From the IMG/VR virus record IMGVR_UViG_3300025078_000015, positions 1-31,538 of that record: 31,538 nucleotides of DNA. One strand, 5' to 3'. This DNA is from a virus (Duplodnaviria > Caudoviricetes). Under the pieces are notes generated by a model. That model ran no database searches and was not told where the DNA came from. It worked only from the letters and a program-made list of their open reading frames with translations. Positions 25,520 to 31,538 of this stretch are shown piece by piece. The position numbers and the translations under genes were made by a program. Position 1 is the first letter of the stretch; every line of letters starts with the position of its first letter.

Positions 25520-26984
25520 CCTCATTTGGTTGATTTTGTTGCATTTGTTTTTGTCCAAATGGTTCAAAAGCTAATTGTATTCCAAATTTATCAGCAAGTT
25601 CTTTATCAGATTGTATCTGACTAAATACATCTTCAACATCACGACCATAACTCGCTTGAACGTCCTGGTGTGATAAAAAGCCATTTTCTACACCTACTTT
25701 TAATGCTTCAACTTCTTTTTTAGGATCAATCCATTGCCAACCTCTCGCTCTCCAAATAGGTTGATTAAATTTAGGAAATTTAGAAGCTGGAAGATCACTT
25801 AATAACTTGGTTAATAAAACCATTTCTAACCATTTTGAATAAACAACATCGTGAAAGTTTCTAGTAATCTTATATTGTTCACATTGCCAATAATTTCTTT
25901 CTTCTAATGCACCTTGTCGAATACTTGAATAATTAACGCTCTCTAAATCGTTTGCTAGTGTATTATAACTTACATTTAAACTACTTGCGATTGACCGAAC
26001 TATCGCTTTTGTAAAATCTTTAAAAGCTGTCGTTGGGTGTTGAGGATCAAATGTTTGAAAATCAGTTCCAGTTGGTAATTGTTCAAATGTTCCAGGTTCA
26101 GCAGACATAACTGGATTATTAGTATTTGTTTTATCTTCTCCAGTATAACTATCAGCATCAGCAGATTTAAAAAATCCCATTTTACTTGCACCTACTCTTG
26201 CCGCAACTAATTCAGCTTCCATATAACCATCTAACATTTTTAAATCTTTTAAACATGATGATAAAGGTGGAATACCTCTTGTTTGATGTGGTCTTTCTTG
26301 ATGATAAAAATGAATAATCTGATTAGCTGGTACAACATTATATTTTGTACCTATATAAGAAGCTGAACTTAAATTCAGATCATCGTTTGGGTGTCTTTTT
26401 AATAAATGATAATTAATTGGCTTACCAAACTTATTAAGTTCAATTCCCATTCTAACTTCATTCTTATTTTCTAAAACTATATTGAGTTCTGTATCTAAAA
26501 AATCAGCTTCAATAAACTCGATAGCAAACTTATAAGGATTATCAAAATTCTTAATGAGTCTTACTAATACTTCGCCATCTCTTGCAAATGTTTCAGCAAA
26601 TAATCGTTGGCAATCTACCCAACTCATTTTACCATCGGCAGAACAATTATAACCCCATTCTTTCCAACGTCTTTCAATCATATTATTAGCAAATGAATCT
26701 AATGCACCATTTGGATCACGACTTCTAACTTGTAAATGAACTCCTTTAGGCCCAATAACATTATCTGTATAAACATTGATAAATCTTCTGGCGTAAGCAT
26801 TATTTCTTGCTAAATCTCTTGACCGATTTCTTAAAACTCTTAAACTTTGTTTAATTTCAGTATCAGCAGATTTAGATGTTTGAATAAAGTTGCTTAATAA
26901 TCTATGTGTTCCAGCACCAGAATAAAAAGACCTTTTATTCGTTTTTCTTCTGAAAAAATTTCTAATTCGTTCAAGATATGTCAT
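25497..26984 (-). CDS. Portal protein, lambda family
   Basis: LRNRSRDLARNN, RDGEV, IEAD.L, Q.RGIP, NYSSIR, GWQWIDPKKE. Confidence 0.95.
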   Translation of the reverse strand: MTYLERIRNFFRRKTNKRSFYSGAGTHRLLSNFIQTSKSADTEIKQSLRVLRNRSRDLARNNAYARRFINVYTDNVIGPKGVHLQVRSRDPNGALDSFANNMIERRWKEWGYNCSADGKMSWVDCQRLFAETFARDGEVLVRLIKNFDNPYKFAIEFIEADFLDTELNIVLENKNEVRMGIELNKFGKPINYHLLKRHPNDDLNLSSASYIGTKYNVVPANQIIHFYHQERPHQTRGIPPLSSCLKDLKMLDGYMEAELVAARVGASKMGFFKSADADSYTGEDKTNTNNPVMSAEPGTFEQLPTGTDFQTFDPQHPTTAFKDFTKAIVRSIASSLNVSYNTLANDLESVNYSSIRQGALEERNYWQCEQYKITRNFHDVVYSKWLEMVLLTKLLSDLPASKFPKFNQPIWRARGWQWIDPKKEVEALKVGVENGFLSHQDVQASYGRDVEDVFSQIQSDKELADKFGIQLAFEPFGQKQMQQNQPNEVEEEEEK

Positions 26985-27561
26985 TAAATTGTACCTTTAC
27001 TACTCGACCTGAACCCTCATTGTTTCCAGTTCTAAATTCGGCAACCTCTTTTTTATATTCTGCTCTATAATAATCTCTCCATCTTAATAATTCATCAACT
27101 GTTAATTTATTAAGTGAACGTCCAGCTATTGAATAACTTGAAACATCTGCATCTGCTCTATTTTCTAATATGCTCTCAATTTTATCGAGCATAACTTTGG
27201 CGTGGCTTCTAGTATCGCCAGTAGTTGCAAAATAGTTATCTTTGACAGTTATTTTTCCTGAATCTATAACTAATTTTTCACTATCACTATCTTGAATAAC
27301 TTTTAAAACCCAAAAATAATCTCCAGCAGTATAATTAGCTGTCGCTGAATCATCTAATGTAAATGTATATTCTGTTCCTGACTCTGTAACTGTTGCTGAA
27401 AATCTTGTTGAACCATCGCTTTCTAATGATGCTTCCCAAACCATCGAATAACTTGATGGTGCATAATCAGCACCTATATCGGTTCTTTTCCAAACAATAG
27501 TTTCGCCTTTATAAAAACTTATCGGTTCTTTTTCTGGTATTGTTGTAAAAATATTAGCCAT
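26971..27561 (-). CDS. gpW-like head-tail adaptor with extra N-terminal beta domain
   Basis: C-terminal SSYSIAGRSL.K..VDELL..RDYYR between terminase and portal, the position of lambda W. Confidence 0.7.
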   Translation of the reverse strand: MANIFTTIPEKEPISFYKGETIVWKRTDIGADYAPSSYSMVWEASLESDGSTRFSATVTESGTEYTFTLDDSATANYTAGDYFWVLKVIQDSDSEKLVIDSGKITVKDNYFATTGDTRSHAKVMLDKIESILENRADADVSSYSIAGRSLNKLTVDELLRWRDYYRAEYKKEVAEFRTGNNEGSGRVVKVQFNDIS

Positions 27562-27566
27562 TAATT

Positions 27567-29393
27567 TTAATCATTCCACGATTTCGCAAAATTACTATGC
27601 TTTTTATAATGTTTCAACCTATTTGGGTTGACTTTAGGATTCAATTCTATTTGTCCTTTTTTTTGTTTTTCAGATATTCTATTTAAATCTGCATTTAATA
27701 TTGTAAATGCCGACAACGCATAAACTCTACAATCTAACGCTTCATTTCTTGGTCGCATCAAAACCCATTCTCGTCTTTTAAAACCTCGTCTATATTTTGT
27801 AACAACCTTTTCTGCTGTTAGCTGTCTGAAATATTCTTCTCCATATTTTTTTGGAAAATGACAATATCCAGCACCATAATCTCTTATCCTTAATCTCGAA
27901 TATATTAATTCTTTAGCAGTATCAACGCCAATAGGAAATAAAGTTATACGAGCAATATTATTTCTAGTAGGTCTGCTAATGATGGCTCGTCCCTCTCCAC
28001 CTATACCTTTGATTGCGAATATTCTTCGTACGAATTTTGGTTTACAAAACTTATAAACTTGATTGGTATGGTGTCCACTATCCACACAAGTCGCAACGAT
28101 TTTAAGTTTGGTTTTATTAGGTAATTCGTATGTTTTTGACAATATCAAATCTAGTTCTTGCCAGATATTAGGTGCAGATGGATCGCCATAGATCGTATGA
28201 TAATCAATACTCCACGTTTCTTCTTCTAAACCCCAACCTAATACTTCTACTTCGAGTCTATCGTCCTGAACATCAACTCCAGCAGTTAATAATACGACTT
28301 CATCAGGAATAGTATAATCTTCACGTCTGTCATATAGGCCCAAATCATCAATACGCTCTCCTTGATCTTCCCACGTTTCTCCTAGATAGGTATTAACAAA
28401 TACTCTTAATGTTTCAGGTAATTTTTTTGCTCGTAAGAACTCTCCGACAGCTTCTTCCATTGTTACCCATACAGAATAAAGTCCATTCAATCTAAAACCA
28501 GCACGTCCATTAAATCTATCGGTCGCTTTCCAATGTCCTTTAGCGATATTTTTAATTCTTTCAATATCAGTCCATTTCTTTTCACAATGTTCACACATAT
28601 ATCTAGCTGTTTCAGGTTTGTTCTTTTCCCATTGTACTTGCGACCACTTTAGAACTTGTTTCTTCTTACACTTATGACAAGGAACATAAAATAAACGCTT
28701 ATCAGTATCTTCAAAAGCAGATTCAATCGCACTTGCACCTTTAACAGTAGGTGTTGATGTTAAAACCAACTTGCTATCCCAAAAGGTTGCACTTCTACGT
28801 TTAGCCAACATAACAGGATCGCCTTCACTTCCAGCAGTAGGTGGGTATCTATCTATCTCATCACATAAAACAATTTTAATAGGACGAGAAGCTAACGATG
28901 CTGGAGAATTAGCACCACAAGCTGTAATGTGGCCACCATCAAATATCTTATGTAATACAGTATTGCCTGAATCTTTACTTTTAACTTCGGCAACTTTATA
29001 TTTTAAAATTTCAGTATCTCTAATCATTGGAGCAAGTCTATCCTGACTCCAGGCACGAGCCATTTCTAAAGTTGGGTGGACAATTAATATAGGTGCTGGA
29101 GCATAATGTATATAATAGCCAATGGCATTGAGAAGAATCTCGGTCTTACCTATTTGAGAACACGACATAACAACAACTTCATCAATAGATGGATCGTTAA
29201 TACTATTCATTATTTCTTTTTGAAAGATGGCTCTGCTAGTTTCAAATTTACCAGCTTCACTACTGCTTTCAGTAGATAAATGCCTAAATTTATCTGCCCA
29301 TTGACTTATTTTTAGGTGTGGCGGTGGTTTTATTAGACTCATTGTTTTTTGCCACACTTCTGTCATCGCTTGTGATTTCATAAAGTGCCTCAT
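27567..29393 (-). CDS. terL: Terminase large subunit, lambda gpA family
   Basis: SQIGKTE Walker A, VLCDEIDRY Walker B, STPT, CxxC zinc pairs, AGVDVQDDR, CVDSG, NEALDC.VYA. Start may be 29366. Confidence 0.95.
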   Translation of the reverse strand: MRHFMKSQAMTEVWQKTMSLIKPPPHLKISQWADKFRHLSTESSSEAGKFETSRAIFQKEIMNSINDPSIDEVVVMSCSQIGKTEILLNAIGYYIHYAPAPILIVHPTLEMARAWSQDRLAPMIRDTEILKYKVAEVKSKDSGNTVLHKIFDGGHITACGANSPASLASRPIKIVLCDEIDRYPPTAGSEGDPVMLAKRRSATFWDSKLVLTSTPTVKGASAIESAFEDTDKRLFYVPCHKCKKKQVLKWSQVQWEKNKPETARYMCEHCEKKWTDIERIKNIAKGHWKATDRFNGRAGFRLNGLYSVWVTMEEAVGEFLRAKKLPETLRVFVNTYLGETWEDQGERIDDLGLYDRREDYTIPDEVVLLTAGVDVQDDRLEVEVLGWGLEEETWSIDYHTIYGDPSAPNIWQELDLILSKTYELPNKTKLKIVATCVDSGHHTNQVYKFCKPKFVRRIFAIKGIGGEGRAIISRPTRNNIARITLFPIGVDTAKELIYSRLRIRDYGAGYCHFPKKYGEEYFRQLTAEKVVTKYRRGFKRREWVLMRPRNEALDCRVYALSAFTILNADLNRISEKQKKGQIELNPKVNPNRLKHYKKHSNFAKSWND

Positions 29394-29811
29394 ATAGTTT
29401 ATCTTGTAAAATTAATTTTATTTCGTTAATATTTTTGATTGTAACAATAACTGGAGCAACTTTATTTGGTATTGAAAGCAATTTTTGTTTTACTTTGTGT
29501 ACTAACTCTAACCAGGTGCGTTTTACTTCTTCTTTCGGTATTAATTCGCCTGTTGCCTTTTGCTTTTCTATTTCTGCTATTTCTGCTTTAGCTTTAAGTA
29601 ATTTATTTTTATTTTTTAATACTTCTTCAGCAGTAAAATCGCCACCAGCTTTCGCTTTTAGAAAATCTATATATCCATGAACACTACTAACTAAATCATA
29701 CTTACCACGTTCCGCTTTAGGTATAATATTATCTTTAGCGAGTTGTTGTATTCTACGTTCAGATAGTTTTAATAGCTTTGCAATAGCTTGAATATTAAAT
29801 GAAGTAGCCAT
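29290..29811 (-). CDS. terS: Terminase small subunit (Nu1-like)
   Basis: N-terminal wHTH IAKLLKLSERRIQQL, GKYDL, coiled coil, GELIP; overlaps terL; TAATG-coupled start at 29811. Confidence 0.88.
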   Translation of the reverse strand: MATSFNIQAIAKLLKLSERRIQQLAKDNIIPKAERGKYDLVSSVHGYIDFLKAKAGGDFTAEEVLKNKNKLLKAKAEIAEIEKQKATGELIPKEEVKRTWLELVHKVKQKLLSIPNKVAPVIVTIKNINEIKLILQDKLYEALYEITSDDRSVAKNNESNKTTATPKNKSMGR

Positions 29812-30056
29812 TATGGAATATACTTTCCAAGTGAATCTTCGCAATAATGAAAGAAAACTGTTTTACCTTTATATTTAATATAGGTTATTGGTTCATTATT
29901 TCCAACTTTGTAATTTGGGTTTTCTACTGATATTGTGTGTTTAGCAAATGCTTGTTCGCAAGTCATTTGTTTAACTGCCATACCTATCGGAATTTTAACA
30001 AGTTCATAGGTGGTACTAGCTGTTGCCAATCCTAAAATTAAAAATAATACATTCAT
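29811..30056 (-). CDS. Small exported hypothetical protein
   Basis: Signal-like N-terminus, two Cys. Confidence 0.7.
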   Translation of the reverse strand: MNVLFLILGLATASTTYELVKIPIGMAVKQMTCEQAFAKHTISVENPNYKVGNNEPITYIKYKGKTVFFHYCEDSLGKYIP

Positions 30057-30187
30057 TATCTTCCTTGTCCTCTCGTACGTTTTGGCCGACTACTTTTATT
30101 CGGTCTTTTAGAATGTCTGCCTTTACGCTTCTTTCTAGTTTTAGTAACATGGGTATATCCATATCCTCTAGGTTTTTTGCTTGCCAT
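30056..30187 (-). CDS. 43-aa highly basic peptide ending RGQGR (not in track)
   Basis: MASKKPRGYGYTHVTKTRKKRKGRHSKRPNKSSRPKRTRGQGR; stop coupled (TAATG) to the next gene. Confidence 0.75.
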   Translation of the reverse strand: MASKKPRGYGYTHVTKTRKKRKGRHSKRPNKSSRPKRTRGQGR

Positions 30188-30500
30188 GTTCTTCTAACTT
30201 CTTAATTTTTTCATTTAACCTACCATTTTCTAAATAAACAACTTGTAAATCCTCTCTCAACCTATCATTTTCTTTTAAAAGTTCGTTTTCTCTTTGAATA
30301 ATTCTATCTTTTAAAGTAGACATATAACAAATATCATCAATTTTTTCCTGTATAGATTCTTCTATCCATTCAGGAATAGATTTAGAGTTGGCAGCCATTG
30401 TTACTTTAAACTTTTCCATTCCCTGTTGATGTCTAACAAATATTCTATCTATAACATCGTTAATAACTGGATCAGACGTTTTAATTTTATGTTTTTCCAT
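30168..30500 (-). CDS. Hypothetical protein, possible all-alpha NTP-pyrophosphohydrolase-like domain plus coiled coil
   Basis: D.....V...R...G..K...T...W.....QE..D...Y pattern; function is inference. Confidence 0.55.
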   Translation of the reverse strand: MEKHKIKTSDPVINDVIDRIFVRHQQGMEKFKVTMAANSKSIPEWIEESIQEKIDDICYMSTLKDRIIQRENELLKENDRLREDLQVVYLENGRLNEKIKKLEEHGKQKT

Positions 30501-30621
30501 TCTTGTTCTTCTTTTTTCTTTTAAATATTTTATTATAAGTTTCTAAATAAATGGCGTTCGATTTTTTATATCTATTATGACTGCCTGTCCAAGCCAATCG
30601 TTTTGTTTTACCTCTTGTCAT
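30487..30621 (-). CDS. 44-aa basic hypothetical protein (not in track)
   Basis: MTRGKTKRLAWTGSHNRYKKSNAIYLETYNKIFKRKKKNKNGKT; overlaps both neighbours by 14 nt. Confidence 0.6.
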   Translation of the reverse strand: MTRGKTKRLAWTGSHNRYKKSNAIYLETYNKIFKRKKKNKNGKT

Positions 30622-30847
30622 TTTTCCAATCCTTTATAGCTTTTAATAAGTTTTTATTATCGGTAATTAAATCTGTATTTAAATAAGGAGATTTGATATT
30701 TAGTTCTAACCACCTAACAGTTTTTTCAATTATTTCTTTATCTGTTGTTGTTGTTTTATTAGGTGGGTTGGTATCTATAATCTTTTCACAATCCATACCT
30801 GATTCATTCTTTTCTTTTGTTAATTGATAGCGTTGTTTTCTATTCAT
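30608..30847 (-). CDS. Hypothetical protein
   Basis: 79-aa ORF tiling the operon. Confidence 0.65.
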   Translation of the reverse strand: MNRKQRYQLTKEKNESGMDCEKIIDTNPPNKTTTTDKEIIEKTVRWLELNIKSPYLNTDLITDNKNLLKAIKDWKNDKR

Positions 30848-30858
30848 AATATTTCATT

Positions 30859-30948
30859 TTAATATTTTGTATTACTCCAAATCAAAATTATGATAAAACT
30901 AACTATTCCCATTAAAACCATAAACCAAATAGAATCAATAAATTCCAT
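30859..30948 (-). CDS. 29-aa single-TM peptide (not in track)
   Basis: MEFIDSIWFMVLMGIVSFIIILIWSNTKY; TAATG coupled to the ParB-like stop. Confidence 0.55.
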   Translation of the reverse strand: MEFIDSIWFMVLMGIVSFIIILIWSNTKY

Positions 30949-31457
30949 TACCAACTATGACCACAATTAGGACACTCATGTTTTTTAGGTTTAGCTTCTT
31001 CAGGATCAGTTAAGGTTCCAGCCAATACTTGTGCGATCTCTTGTTCATTGAAGCCAGTAGCTTTCCACCATTCAGAATCTAATTTACTGTTTAATTCTAA
31101 TTCAGCTAATTCATTCCTTAATAAAACCTTGTCCCATTCAGATTCATCAGCAGAACGATTGTCAGCAATACGATATTTTCTAACATCTAAATCGTTTAAG
31201 TGATTCAGTTCGATATAAGGAACCCTGACCATTCCTAATCGCTTTGCCGCTTCATACCGAGTATGTCCACTAACAATAATCTTATCCATCATATTGTTAA
31301 TAGTAATCGGCACATTAAAGCCAAATGATTTAATAGATTCGATTACTAAAGGAACTCCTTTTTGAATTTTACGTGGATTCTTTGCATAAGGAATTAAATG
31401 TTCAATAGGAATTGTTTTAAGATTCGGATTAATTCTTATTTCTATCTTCTTTGTCAT
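30948..31457 (-). CDS. ParB/Srx N-terminal domain protein with C-terminal zinc-ribbon half
   Basis: LIPYAKNPR, SIKSFGF..PI, IVSGHTRYEAA..LG, YRIADNR, CPNCGHSW. Confidence 0.88.
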   Translation of the reverse strand: MTKKIEIRINPNLKTIPIEHLIPYAKNPRKIQKGVPLVIESIKSFGFNVPITINNMMDKIIVSGHTRYEAAKRLGMVRVPYIELNHLNDLDVRKYRIADNRSADESEWDKVLLRNELAELELNSKLDSEWWKATGFNEQEIAQVLAGTLTDPEEAKPKKHECPNCGHSW

Positions 31458-31466
31458 ATAGATTCT

Positions 31467-31495
31467 CTTATATGCAAAACGAAACGAAACGCAAA
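31467..31495 (-). promoter_or_regulatory. Putative late-operon promoter TTTGCG-N17-TATAAG with CGTTT repeats in the spacer
   Basis: 9 nt upstream of the SD-less ATG at 31457. Confidence 0.4.
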
Positions 31496-31538
31496 CCTAA
31501 CTACGCTGTCTATAAAACATCTGGCGTCGAGCGAAACC

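Larger units (their letters stand above)
1..31538 (-). mobile_element. Partial genome of a lambda-like siphovirus (Caudoviricetes), probably infecting a low-GC marine alphaproteobacterium
   Basis: Complete colinear terminase-portal-capsid-tail-lysis series plus phage recombination and methylation genes; no host housekeeping genes. Host assignment is inference. Confidence 0.95.

Noticed and set aside
10368-26191. Same-strand alternative-frame ORFs 10368..10712, 24282..24500 and 26000..26191
   Set aside because: Leu/Gln/Met-rich off-frame artefacts of codon bias, nested within conserved genes.
749-30205. All plus-strand ORFs in the track (e.g. 749..1030, 13682..13966, 28771..29046)
   Set aside because: Short antisense shadows of well-supported minus-strand genes, with no motifs or RBS.
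21383-31465. GANTC (CcrM) sites beside candidate promoters and RBSs (21383, 23172, 31461)
   Set aside because: GANTC is frequent throughout the window; enrichment cannot be claimed without counting.
1-31538. Stop-codon reassignment or tRNA genes
   Set aside because: Genes tile densely under the standard code with TAA, TGA and TAG all used as stops; no cloverleaf seen in the few intergenic gaps.

Overview
The window is most of the genome of an AT-rich tailed dsDNA phage with a lambda-type packaging and head module and a non-contractile (sipho) tail. Every credible gene is on the minus strand. In transcription order (right to left) it encodes: ParB-like protein and small ORFs, terminase small/large (Nu1/gpA type), gpW-like adaptor, lambda-family portal, prohead protease-major capsid fusion, head-tail joining proteins, tail tube, G/G-T chaperone, a short tape measure, distal tail, hub, gpJ-like tip, fibre/lectin proteins, metallophosphoesterase, amidase endolysin and holin. 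A control region follows, then an early block: AT-rich orphans, lipoprotein, Rad52/Sak-like annealase, SSB-like protein, PD-(D/E)XK exonuclease, XRE regulator, PAPS-reductase-like protein, Ref-like HNH and MT-A70 methyltransferase. Low GC and the small-protein repertoire suggest a marine alphaproteobacterial (SAR11-like) host; this is inference from recalled families, not a search. No integrase, polymerase, tRNA, CRISPR array or reverse transcriptase is visible. Most notable observations: (1) the G-T chaperone needs a +1/-2 shift, not the usual -1, at an A9 run; (2) the tail tip protein carries an extra leader-like N-terminal module; (3) sigma70-like promoters lacking T-7 recur, several placed to give leaderless late mRNAs; (4) there is a candidate DNA-modification cluster; (5) several micro-ORFs are missing from the ORF track.
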